The translations under genes were made by a program, and so were the position numbers. The notes below the pieces were generated by a model. The model did no database searches and was not told the origin of the DNA. It was given only the letters and a program-made list of their open reading frames with translations. DNA of 64,000 bases from Pavona decussata (taxonomy: Eukaryota), in the NCBI GenBank assembly GCA_977016875.1, contig CDRNST010000086.1, positions 434,001-498,000 on the forward strand, read 5' to 3'. Below, in pieces: positions 35,901 through 48,500 of this stretch; position 1 is the first letter of the stretch; the number at the start of each line of letters is the position of its first letter.

Positions 35901-36655
35901 TTCCTATGGAAGAAAAATGCTTCATCAAAGGGTTAGAGTTTGCACCTTGGGGCAGATCCTCCCCATCTTCCGATTGCATCGCTAGAAATGGTCATGATTA
36001 ACTGTCATCTGCCCTGCAACAGCATCAAATCTGCTGTTTTTGATTGTTTCACATGCCAAAATGAAAAAGCAAAACAATGTTGCACCGTAGGCTGTCTTAC
36101 AAAAATATATGTCAGCTTAAGTTTGGCCAATCATTACATGCAGGTGAATCAGTGTCAGGGACTGTCCCAAAGTTTGGGGAAGGGAGGGTCTTCCTGGTGT
36201 CCTTCCTTCTTTGGGGGTGGGGGGAGGGGTAGAGTGTAAAGATACCATCTGCTTGGATCCCCAAAAAATGCTGTGGATTCCAGTTACTTGGAGTACAAGA
36301 AGCATAACCCCTTAAGCACCTTCAAAGATGCCCAAAAGAAGTTAATGAAAACAATCACCAGCTTTATAGTTCACAGTAATGAGAGTACATCTCTAATTCA
36401 TTAGTCCTGCTAAAGTTATTGTTTAATTGTTTGTTGTCAGGTAATTCCAGTCTCCCAAGATGTTTTGATGTGTTCAACAACCCTGATCCATTTTTCACAC
36501 AGCCAGCTCATGATAGCGATGCAGCAGTGTCCTTTCCAGCTCTTCCAATGCAGTCATCAGTCACTTACTCTCCACCTTCATCAAGTGCACCTAGTGAGTC
36601 TTCAGCAGCTTCACCCATGTCTTCTGTTGATGGCTGGGTGATAAATGAAGACTAA
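32954..36655 (+). CDS. Truncated JARID2 paralog ('mini-JARID2'): UIM, Lys-rich region and PRC2-binding motif; no JmjN/ARID/JmjC; 451 aa
   Basis: Exons 32954-33001 (MADKRPKRQRKVRSAT), 34354-35446 (EFFGGGLLHKEEVELRRALQASLK...KTEDFLTFLCLR), 36441-36655 (GNSSLPRCFDVFNNP...INED*). GT-AG, in phase, 1356 nt, no internal stops. Confidence 0.8.
33932..34032. mobile_element. Short hairpin element ending GGCTA, 9-bp TSD
   Basis: TCCTACGCAGAC / GTCTGTGTAGGA arms; CATGGAGAG on both flanks. Confidence 0.7.
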
Positions 36656-37121
36656 AAATGTCAGGCCAAGTAATCAAGCAAGTCGTGAAGTGTTTTATAC
36701 AAGCTCTAGTGCAGTCAAAATTCTCATCTGTGACCATTAAAAGATGGTTGGGTAGGGCTATGTTCCAATTTACCTGCAAAATACTTGCACTTATCTAAAT
36801 TTGCAGTACGTGGCGGCGCCAGAAAAAATTGCATACTATTCACCACACATGTAGGGATTTCAAAGTGGCATATGCATCCAAAAGTTACCTTTTTCTTTCG
36901 AGTAGGCCCATTATAAACTCTCGTGGATAGGTGGTGCAGATAGTAGGTGCAGTGTGATCAGAAGGTCAATCTGTGTAAATTTTCTCATGGATCCAAACTT
37001 TGGGTCCGGTACAACGTGAACACGCCCTAGAAGAAGTGGTCATTTACGTTGGGTCTAAATATATTAACAAGATGAAACTTGGTGTTGTAGAAAGTGGCCA
37101 TGTAAGAAAGGTGGACCTTAA

Positions 37122-37625
37122 CCCTATCCAGACCAGGCTTTTTTGTGTTTTGGGGGTGGGGTAGGGGGATTCTGCCCCCCTCCATAACTTTGCAACTATT
37201 GAGGCTTGGAGGAGAGATAGTATGTCCAAAGATGTTTCCTTTGAGGTTCGTAACAAGAAGTGATGTCATCTAACGTGGTAATCAAATCATGATTACTAAA
37301 GGCAGCCATCTTGGATTTCCCCAAAACTTTAGGAAGCGCCAAAATTAAGTGAAAAGTAATCAGAACCAATAAAGGAACACTAATAAAATTGTGAGATAAA
37401 AACACAAAAGTTACAGTAAGAATAGTAATTTTTCTTATAAAAAAATGGATTTTCCATTTTCTGAAAAAACCACTTGTCCAAAATTGGTTGTCATGATAAC
37501 ATGAAAGTCAATGAACACTAACCAACCACATCAAATTTTTCCCAGATAAATTTCTGACAAAGTTGTAAAGTTATTCAGGTTCAAAGTCACCATGGGCAGA
37601 ATCCCCTCTGTCCTCCAGTCTAGGG
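37122..37625. mobile_element. piggyBac-like MITE relic
   Basis: TTAA|CCCTA...TAGGG|TTAA ends. Confidence 0.55.
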
Positions 37626-38327
37626 TTAACGAGAGTTCGTTACTTGGTGAATTTTGACTGTAACAATGTTTTCTAAGCTTAATAGAACTTAGTTAGTTGG
37701 TGTGAAATTCACACAGTGATGTTACCCAAATAATTTAGGTGATGATTTACCTACCACAAGGATGATCCGACAAGCAACAATGTTGTTCAACAAGAACCCC
37801 AGATTCCAGGGTGCCCATCCACAAGGAACTGACATTGTTGCCCAAAGTAATTATATGCCAGGCTTGCAAAATATTCACTATATTGTAGAAGTAGACTAGT
37901 CTAACAGGGCTGTCGTTAAGTTTTCAGACATCTGTTTCATTGAGTTTTACCAGTGAAAAATTCTAAATCTCTCTAGTGTTTTAACTTCTGAGATTTGGGT
38001 TTCTTGGAATATTCTTTAGCATAACAGCCTTGGTATTGGGTATCAAGTAAATGCTGTGAAAGAATACTGCATTGTAGTATTAGATGCAAAGCACAATCAA
38101 GTGTAACTATTCATTGTTGTTAGGGAGTTATTGTATATAATGTGCATGTTTCTTGGCAAAACAATGATGTGATATAAAAGTATTTATTCCACAAATGCTA
38201 TTTTTAATATTGCTGGATTTGTATTATATTCTGATGTATTTACCTTTTATGTGTAACTATACCATGTAAATGTTCACTGACCGGTGATTTGTTTATTTTT
38301 GACACAAAATGAGAAGATGGGTGACTC

Positions 38328-38349
38328 AATAAAATGTTTATTTTTTATT
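38328..38349. terminator. Candidate back-to-back polyadenylation signals for mini-JARID2 (+) and MTG2 (-)
   Basis: AATAAA at 38328-38333 followed by TTTATT at 38337-38342 and 38344-38349, then a T-rich tract. Confidence 0.4.
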
Positions 38350-38858
38350 CACTTTTTTTTTCTGCTGATTCCTATTTTTTTTTTTTTAGTATGGCGTTGC
38401 CATCTTTGAAACTGTCACCAAGGCTCAGACAGGATGAGAGAAGGACTCAACACCATTTTTTCTTTCATGTCCACTTTCCTTTGACCTTGCTATCTACTCC
38501 AGTATGGCCTAAAGGCAGGTTATGCAAACTATGACTTGTCTGCCTGTCACAGTATTATACACATACGAATAGGTCTTTGAAATCTCTTCCTCCACAATTC
38601 TCAGTCTTTTGCACAAGCCCCTGAGTCACATCTGCTTTTGAAACCTAAAACTCTGTCCTTTCCCTCTCTACTATTCGTCATAGGCTTTTAGCTAGAAAAT
38701 GAAAGTTGGGCGTCCAACGGGCATTTTTCTTGGAAACATTTTAAGGGATCAAGTGGGTGAATTTTAAATAAAGTTTTCCAAACATTGTCTAATCAACCTT
38801 GATTCACGACAAGGTCTCCATGAGGCATTATTAATTGCACGTAGATAATAAAAATATC

Positions 38859-40368
38859 TCAGAAAATGACAATGGAGTCATGAAAAAGTTTCCGTACTTT
38901 TGCTTTCAGTTCTGGTATACCTGTTCCATACTTTGCAGATACCGGTATGATGGGTAAAGGCAATGCCTCCGCAATTCTTTGAATTTCATTTTCAGATTCA
39001 ACCATGTCTATCTTATTTGCGACAATTGCGCCTGGTCTTTGTGAGAGCTGCTCCTTGTAAAGCTCTAACTCTTCCCGTAAACATGCAAACGTTGCTAATG
39101 AGTCTTTCTGAGAAACGTCCAAAACGTAGAGCAGGCAGCGACACCTCTCAATGTGCCGCAGAAAAGCATGTCCTAGCCCCTTGTTCAGATGAGCTCCACT
39201 TATTAACCCAGGAATATCTGCCACTAGAAAAGAAAGGATTTACATGTAAGTTGAAAATGTCTTAAAACGGACAAGTTGCAGAGATACAAAAAAGCTAAGC
39301 CTAGGGTATTAACATGCTCTTGAGCTTAGTGACTCACCACTGCTATTACTATTAATATTAAACAGGAAATTCTGGTATCAAAGGGGCCAGGCATGGCCAT
39401 TCTCACCTTAAGTTGTCAACCAATTATCAGAGCTTAAACAACTGACAAACAACAACTCTTAGTGATCAAATTGGCTTAGTTTTGGAATAAACCCTGTTAA
39501 CAGAATTAGAAATCAATGTCTTATATTACTGTGGTGATATTATGAAATTTGAGGCATATTTTTCAGAGGATGCCCAAGTCAACAACGTGCCACGACTGAA
39601 CGATGTCTAAATTTGAATTTTATGCTCAGAAAGGTGTGAGAGGAAGGAGTGGCTTGCCCTTTTTTAGTGGAACTTCTTGTTTAAAAGCATCAATCCAAAC
39701 AGTACTGAACTTGAGGTAGTTTTAAATTTTGCCCAGAATTTGCCCGAGGCATAAAAACAATGGAGCTGAAGGTTACCAGGGTCCAGTGAAAAATAGAGCT
39801 GAGAAGAGGTGTGGGCCTACTGGTACTCTTTACTCCTAATGGGTTGGGTAGGGGCTGCAGCCCTTATATCTCCATCTCCTTGAATCTGCCCAGGCCCAAT
39901 AATTGTTCATTAATTACGTACTGGCATGCACTTTCTTTGTTTGCTGGCATGGAGGGCAACCAAGAAACCTCTACCCAAAGGAAAAAAGGTTGTGGTTGAA
40001 TTTTATCAGACTATAAGTATACATTTATGTTTCAGCCTTACACCCTGTTGGAGGTGAACTGGACGAGTGAGTGATAATTTTATGTCATCAAAAAATTACG
40101 TGTACTGTACCTTTTGTCTGACCAATCTAAGTGAAGTGTGAGTCAAATCAACATCAAACTGGGTTATGTTATGTACCTGCAATCTGTGAGTAATCTTCAA
40201 ACTCCAATATGCCAACAAAAGGATTTATTGTGGTAAAAGGATAAGCAGCCACTGCTGGCTTGGCCCTGGAAATTGCTCTCAAAAGAGTAGACTTGCCAGC
40301 ATTAGGGAAACCAACCTGAAAAGTACAATCAGGCCTGGCTCTTAAAAATAAACACTATCATTTAACAA

Positions 40369-40411
<43 letters not shown>

Positions 40412-43400
40412 ATTCTAGTCAAAGGTTTGTTAACCATCCCTGCTCCCCTAGTTCTAACTAATTAGTTAGAACTAGGGGAGCAGGGATGGCGCAGTGGTGA
40501 GAGCATTTGTCTCCCACCAACGTGGCCCGGGTTCAATTCCCGGTGTTGACGCCATGTGTGGGGTGAGTTTATTGTTGGTTCTCATCCTTTCTCCGTGAGG
40601 TTTTTCTCTGGGTACTCAAGGTTTCCTCCCTCCACAAAAACCAACATTCCCAAATTCCAAGTAGACCAGGAAACAGTGGATGAAAGATCTACTCTGTGGA
40701 AGCCACTGAAATTCCTATTTATTTATTAGAGTCAATTATGAGAGTTCATGACAGTATGTAGTCAAACCACAGCAAATGCCTGAATTATTGGCAGGTCAAA
40801 AAAACCTTTTTTCTCGTTTCATTTTACAATGTACAGTAGTTATTCTGTCCATCTCCATTTCTCAAACTAACCAAGCCAATATCAGCAATGGTCTTCAGTT
40901 CCAACTCCACAACTTTCTCCTCTCCAGGGGTCCCCTCAGTGTGCATTTTGGGAGCTTGATCCAGTGCTGTCTTGAAGTATGCATTTCCAAGTCCACCCAG
41001 CCCTCCCCTGGCAGCTACAAATGTTTGTCTCTCAGCTGTCAAGTCTGCTAAAACTTCACCATTTGCCTTAACCACTGTTCCGAGAGGAACCTGGTAAATA
41101 CAATCATGTTATTGTAAGAAAACAACAGTACTAATCAATAGTCTAATTACCGGAGAATTTATAATTTGCAACAAAATGTCCCAAGTTATACATACTTATT
41201 GTAAAAACACGAAAGGACCATAGGCCTATCAATAATACCTAAACCTCTGGTCGTAGGAATGAAAATGTTGTGGCCTTATCATCAATACCTGAACCTAGTT
41301 GTCAACATTTCAGACTGAGAGTTTAGCTGACAAGAAGCAAAATGAAAGACCTTTGAAAACTGCAAAACTTCACACAAACCCAGCTTGTAATTTTGCAATT
41401 TATTGATAAGTTTAGCCAATCCATAGAAGCTGTCTGATTTTCAGTCTGTTATTTCAAAACTCTGAGCTTATTGCATTCAACGTAGGAAGAACGCCTTCCA
41501 AATACAGATTGGAGTCAAGATTGCATGTATGGGACAACGTTTATATTTGCCGGAAAGAATGGATGGATCTTGGGATGTGTATCTGGCATCCCCCGCAGAT
41601 TTTTTTTTGCAGGGGCGGATGACATCATCATCAACTTGGCAAAGGAGGGAGAGTCTGGGATCGAGATCATCGAACGCACTCCCTAATCTTTGATTATTAA
41701 TAGTAGGTATTACCTGGTATTTAATACATATGTTAACAACAAAAGTAATTTTATTGAAGCAAGACCACTGTAGTTGGGTAGGCAACTTCAGCAGTTGCAA
41801 AAAGAAAACCTGAAAAATTCAGGTTTGAATGGGATTCAAATCCATGGCCACTGGAATTCCTGTGCTGTGGTCAACCAACTAAGCTATCAAGCCAACTGGG
41901 AACTAGTCATTTTGTGAGTTGACGGTTCATAATACGCCCATGGTCGCCTGTGAACATGGATGTATTTCCGGCTGAGAGAAGCAACAGCCGGAAATATGTC
42001 TATGTTCACAGGCTACACCATTGGAGGTCATCAATAACAATAGTTGAATATTATTTTCATTTTACGTCAAATTCAAAAACAAGTAAGACTACTGATATAA
42101 CTAGTCTAAAAGGGATTCACCTCAAACATGCGATCTGAGCCATTCTTGCCCTTACAATCCTCGCCTTTACCAGCTCCACCATTCTCTGCTTTGATGTGCT
42201 TAGGAAGGTGAGCAAACTCCTTTACAGAGTAATCTGCAACCAGAACTACACTTCCTCCATGGCCACCATCACCACCATCAGGGCCAGCTTTTGGCTGGAA
42301 TCTACATTGTAACAAATGTATGAACATCATAAACTGAAGTTAACATTACAGTCATATGGTTCTTCCTTGGATTACTGAGGCGGGAATTGGTGGGCAAGAC
42401 AAAACAGTAATTAAAATTTAATTATTTTTCAGAAATTATGTGAATCATGGGATTACCATTTTAATCATAAAGAGTTTAAGTTACACATGCAATTGCCTCA
42501 TTTATCAGTTGAAGAATTTTTGGCATGACTAGCATGAGTGCCTTTTTTTGCCTTGAAATAACAAGAAATAGCTTATTACTTTTCTTGAAAATGCAAGCGA
42601 CTCACACAAAAGAGATACCAATACTCGACTGTTTCCTTTCTGCATGAGACAGATAGAGCCCTGCATGCAAGCCTGAGCCGGAGACCGAATGAACCATTTG
42701 TGTTGTGAACAAAAGAAATCAGTCCAGTGTCGGTATCGCACAATTTTGTGACATAATTTTTACATAACACCACCATTTTCAATAAAGGCATTGTTGGACT
42801 GCCATTGTAGAATGTACTTGTGCTTTATAATTTCTCATAGATCTTCTTCTGTCAAAGTTACTGGTTAAAATCCCCAACAGAATTTTTGTGCATTGGACAA
42901 CGAAAACTTCTGATTCCCTTACAGAAACCAAACCCAAGACCTTGCATAGCTGCACAGGGAGACCCATGGCAAGCTAGGATGCATGTATATAAAATTTTTG
43001 TAAATAATTTTAAGCATAACTGTATGTACTAATTAGTACTTATTAAATTATTATTTCTAAAATATTTAAAAACTGGTTTAAAAAACTCTTAAAGCAAACA
43101 TAAATTATTGTAAAGACACTGAAATTAAAGATGTCTCAACCTAAGAGCTTGTCTCAACCCAGTTCATCCTGAATCCTGGTTTCAATTTAGTATTTTTCAT
43201 AAGGTACTTACTTTTTCCTCCTGAAGTGAACACACCCATTGCCACCATCTCCTGCCTTGAGAACTACTTTCTTCCAGTCTATAAACTGTCTCTCCTATTC
43301 CAAAATATAAAAGAAAAATATTTACAGTCAAATGAGAAATGAAACAGTGGCAATTAACTGCATGAGAAATTAATTACTATTAACAACTTTTTATATCACC

Positions 43401-45370
43401 ATGCAGTATAAAGAGGATATTTAATACATGGCGGTACAAAGATATGAATTTTTATTTTCAAGTCAATGTGGTAAAATATTGTTTTTAACACCAGAAAATA
43501 AAGTTCACATCTTCAAGCCACCGTATAATTTCTTTTTATTATATAGACAAATCTATCGCTCACCATTTTCTCTGACTGTTTGTACAAACAATGGTGAAAA
43601 GGTGGGAAATTACACCATCAATATCCTCACTGGTGAGGATATGGAAAATATGGCACTCAGGCCCCGAATGTAGTTTCACATGAATTTCATAAGTGGTGTA
43701 ATTTCGTTCCAGTAAAACACTTAGGACTGTCTATATATAAGAGACAGTTTCAACACTGCTGATCATAGAAACATACCAGATGCACATCACATTAATTTTT
43801 GGAACTTTAGTATTCTAAATGATCTATTTTTGTAGTTAGTGAACTCACTATATATATCAGGTCCCAGTAGTTCAATAGTTAGAGCAATTCCAACTTGTGT
43901 ATGGAAGGTCATGGGTTCAACAAAACATTTCAGCCTAAAGGGTGTGCAGGTGTCCTATAGACACCACTAAAAAAAAAAATTAAAACATTCCACAAAAATT
44001 TGCCTAAAATCCTTAAAAAATTTTACATGTATTGGTGACATGCCTCTTTCATGCCCAGTTTGACTGCCATAATTTGCTGACTCAAAATTTTTCTTTCTTC
44101 CATGATAATCACATGCTGAATACTGCGGCCACTTTATACTACTTCATGACAGAGATCGATGTCTTCCAGATGAAATGTCTAGATGTCATCTGCATGCCAA
44201 TATAATAGTGAATGATCTTGCCATAATTACGTCCCAAATAGGAAGAAAAATTATTAATGTCTACTTTGGATTTTTTCAGTCAAATTTAAAACATGGCCTT
44301 GATATCACTGTTTTTGAAAATATACCATCATAATGATTGTTGGGTATGAGCTGTCTACAAATTAAAAACAACAAGAAATCCTTAGGAACCTTACAACTGC
44401 AGGGCTGTTTTTACCACACCTTAATTATTCCCTCAGGCAAATTTCAATTACAGTGTAGAGTCAACTTTTTATCAACATTTGATGACGAGCATATTAAACA
44501 ACAACTATCACAACAGCGTAACAGGCCTGCTTTTAAAAAGTGAGAATTCAACTTTTCTCTCTTGTTACTTAAATCTGTTTCTACCTGAGTTAAATTGATG
44601 TTTCAAACACAATAAGTCTTTTTGGCATGACAATCGTTTTATTGCATAATGCAGGGCATTAGTTTGCTCTTCAAAAAACAGCTGCAGGCCATATATTTTA
44701 AAAATATATAGGGAGTAGCTGTTACTTGACGTCTAAAACATAAACATGGGATGATCCAAAATATAGCAATGTAGATGAGAGAAAGAAGTTCTGATTTTCA
44801 TTTTGAGCATTTTTTGTTATTGTCCTGACCAAGAGAAATCCCAACGTCTGGAGTGATTGCTGTGTAGCCGTGAGGGTGGTAAAGGGATTTGTCGTTATTC
44901 ACAAATAGCTTTTAATTTTCCCAGTAAAAAATTATTTGAATATATAACTTTTTTTCTCATGAATTTCTTGTGATATGAACATTAGCTGTGAGCTGTGATA
45001 GTCTTATGACCAAATGGCAGGATTTTGCTCAGTCCCGTTACCATAATTCATTTGTCTGTTCTGCTAACAGGACTGAGCAGTGTTTGCGTCCTGCCATTTT
45101 GGTATCACAAGACCCACTGATAAATATAATTAGATAACAGCGTAATTATCCAGCCAAACTGGATCCAAACTGGATCCCGGGATTGGATGTAATAAAGAAC
45201 AAAGACTATTGTTGTTGCCCAAATTTATCACATAATTTGACCAGAATTTGACTCGTGAAAAGTTCAAAGCTCAGACAGGCCTTGGATATGAAACACACAT
45301 CTCAACATACCTTATTATGAGTTTTGGAACTATAATGCCTGCAAACTGAAAATAACCACCCCCTGAACAT
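38859..45370 (-). CDS. MTG2: Mitochondrial ribosome-associated GTPase 2 (Obg family, GTPBP5), 348 aa
   Basis: Exons 45370-45311 ([20 protein letters not shown], presequence-like), 43294-43212 ([17 protein letters not shown]), 42301-42121 ([11 protein letters not shown]), 41090-40872 ([10 protein letters not shown]...[12 protein letters not shown]), 40315-40177 ([12 protein letters not shown]...YPFTT), 39223-38859 (ADIPGLI...NKID...SAK). 1047 nt in phase. Confidence 0.92.
40367..40412. repeat. (TAAA)n microsatellite
   Basis: About 11 TAAA units. Confidence 0.9.
40434..40489. repeat. Perfect 56-bp palindrome overlapping a SINE head
   Basis: CCATCCCTGCTCCCCTAGTTCTAACTAA|TTAGTTAGAACTAGGGGAGCAGGGATGG. 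Confidence 0.9.
40475..40730 (+). mobile_element. tRNA-derived SINE
   Basis: GGGGAGCAGGGATGGCGCAGTGGTGAGAGC...CCCGGGTTCAATTCCC head; body related to 356-591. Confidence 0.8.
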
Positions 45371-45584
45371 TGCTCAGGCCTAACAAGGCTAGGCTACCAA
45401 GTAAACAGGCGTGGCTACTAATTATGAACCCGCTGACCTGTCAACAACCCGCAATAAAAAAGAGTTGTTTACAGATCGAATGAGCGCTGAAAAGTATGGA
45501 GGCAAAGTACACGTGGTCCCGATTTTGTTTCCTAACTGGCATGCCAATAACAGTCAAATTTAACAGCTAGTGGCCTAGAGAAGA
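45371..45584. promoter_or_regulatory. Bidirectional promoter MTG2 / JARID2
   Basis: Divergent ATGs 214 bp apart; CACGTG at 45510-45515; YY1-like AATGGCGGC over the JARID2 start. Confidence 0.7.
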
Positions 45585-48500
45585 ATGGCGGCGGAGCGCC
45601 CAAGGCGAAGGATAACACAGCCGTGCTTGGTATGTAAATGGGTATTGCTTCAACGCGCGATTTCGGCAACTTCAGTGAATTCAAAGGCTTACGTGTTAGT
45701 TTCTATCGGAAAGATGGGCGTTATGTTTCTCTCCTTGCTGTTAATGTTGTGGTTCCATAATGTGGCTTGCTTGGTGTGTCGCATTTCCGAGTGAAGCAGC
45801 TGTTCTTTTACGCCATTTCAACACCAGAATCGTGAGGTCTCCATTTAACAGCGCGAATAATAGCGTTTCGTTTTCAAAACACACTCGATTGGTTTTATTT
45901 TCACCATATCGAAATCTTAAACAGGTTTTCGGGTTTAGCTGTCTGCTTCTTGGGCTAAAGTACAAGAGGAACAATTTCCTGCGTCTTTGTGATATTTAGG
46001 TCAAAGAGGAAAAGCACCATGCATTCAATTTGAAATTTCTATTAAAAGTTAATTAGCTAGTAATACCCTGTCGGACTCGAAAAGAAAACATAAAAATCCT
46101 CATTTTGACAATTCTCTGGATGTTTAGCCGCTTTATGAAATGTTATAAGCCCAGTTGAAAACTTTGAGTTGTTTTTATAATCACTTACTTGAATATTTAG
46201 TTTTTATCTCATTTGTGTCAAACAATAAACAGCTGCCGTCGGTAATGATTATCAAGAATCGAGCAAAGAGAGGCTGTCTCAATACCTTTTGTTTGGTGAT
46301 AAAATACTGCTGAATGTACTAATGTTAATCACTTAAGCCTAAATACTTCTGTGTTTATTGTCTTCGTTAAAAAAAGACTACAAATGGATAAAAGCTTAAT
46401 CCAACAGGGGTTAAAAAATTTTAACTTTTAAAGATACAAGACCATAATGTTACAGTTGACTAACAAAGCGGAAGGTTCCATCAGCAGTACTCGTAAATGT
46501 TTGCCGACAAGACTGTTTGCAGTATTCGGATCTTCTGTATTTGCCTTCATGAAGGCAACTTTTTATCAAAAGGTCCCTTTAAAAATAGGGCCTTTCATAT
46601 TTAAAGCTCACAGCTAACTTGTAGATTTTTGCAACAGTATCCAGAATTTATTGATCACTATGGTTTCATTAATTAAGGAGCTATTTAGTGACCCTTGAAG
46701 TTTTAGAAGTGTGTACCTTTTAGAAGAGCTTCTAAAGTACTTGTATCTCAGCATGAAGTCAAGTTTACCCTTCGAGCCTGAGATGATATATAAAAAGCAA
46801 CGCTAAAGGTTGTGCAGGTGTATAATATATATTAATAAAAGTTATCAATTCTGTATCTAGAAAGAAGGAGTGTTCCATTCCCTGTCCTTAAAAGGGAAGT
46901 ATCACTTGACCTTTTATCATGAAAATGGTGTGCAACATCTTCACTTACTAGTTACAAAATAATTCTAGAACATCAAGAAAAAGAAATCAACTGAATTCTT
47001 GAAGGGAACAACTTCATGGCCTGCCCTTAGCTAGTGTATTTTGGGAACGAAAATGGGAGAACTTGAAAGCAGTTAGCCTAACTGTTTTCAAGTTGCATTC
47101 CATTCTAACCCAGTCATCTGTGGCCAGAGACACTTACAAATAGATAAATAAGCAATACCTTTAGGTTTCTGTTGATAAAAAAAAAAAACATTTTGGAGTT
47201 TTTGACATAACACCAAATTCCCCTGATACTTCCCCTTTAAACCTTTATATAATAGATACAGTGATTTAGATCAAACAAACCACCTGTTGAGATTCACTTT
47301 CGATCCATTATTGGTGAAAAGCAATATAAATTATGTATCAGGGGTGCTCCCCTATGTAAGGTATTCTTGGTTTGCAAATGATGTCACCAAAACTGTGAGA
47401 CCTTCAAAATTAAGTTTTATCTTCATCAGGGGTAACTTGATTACTGTACCTACATCTTTTACAAGTTTTCAGCTCGATAGCATCCTACATGTTTGTACCT
47501 TTTAAAATAGAACAAGTCATGTAGAATTTTTCAATGTTTTCACCTTATGTGGCATCAAGATGGCAGCCATGACAGAGCTGTTTCGTGTGTAAAAAATGAT
47601 GCTCCTCTGGTAATTTCTAGCATTCTTAACAATTAAAGTATTTGGAATTTAGGTATTTATGTGAAAATTCACAAGTTCAAAAGAGAATTAGTAACTGCTT
47701 CTGTAGCAAAAAGTGAATTCCAGATGTTTTCATTAATTTCTGGCCACCATGTTAGATCTGGTGTCCCTCGGAGGGAAACCAATGTGGTGTCTCGATACTG
47801 AGCTCTATAAATTTGTGTGGAACATTTTGACAAGCATGGGATGCTGCACCGACCTGAGACTTAAAACAATATTGTTCATTTGTTTTTCTTCTATGACATT
47901 TCAACTTCTTTCACTTCGTGAAAAACAGCAAATATTAGGTATGTGCGGCCCCAAAGGGTGTAGATTTTAAGCTGTTGTCTGAAATAGGGTATAGATTTAA
48001 ACCCTTTTTGTCTGAAAGTTAGAAAACTAGTATGTAAACTATCTGAAAATGGGGATGAATTTGAGAGGCCAGGTCTGACAAAGGGTCAGGAGTACATCTC
48101 TGTGGATTGATTCATTTATGTATGACAAAATGGTGTAACATGTTGTTGAAGAAAATATCCATCCCTTTCAGTGGAAGGTTCTTTCTATTTGGATACCTTT
48201 ACCCCTCTGAAAGTTCCAGTGTAAAGTTTAGTTTTAAGTTGGCTTACTACAGTTTTTGTACCACTATCAAGCTTAACATGCACGCTCTCCAAGACAAGAA
48301 AGCACCACGTGTACAAAGTGACGAAGCCAGCTGATGAAATCCCGCGAACACACAAGCTGTTATTTTGTGGGAAAATGCCGGAACACGAAGGCAGCATTCA
48401 CTCACCAGTTGGAGCGCATGCACGATGGAACCCGGGTTTTCCCTGAAAGAAGCATGTGCAATGGCTTTCTCACCGTAGGTCGCGATGACCATTTTTTCTC

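Noticed and set aside
32954-36655. Mini-JARID2 as a pseudogene or assembly duplicate
   Set aside because: The frame is fully open, splice sites are canonical, and nucleotide similarity to JARID2 is confined to short protein motifs with synonymous changes, which fits neither a recent artefact nor decay.
44585-44732. Extra MTG2 exon (open frame on the minus strand)
   Set aside because: Ends in phase 1, whereas 45311 joins 43294 cleanly in phase 0; no Obg similarity.
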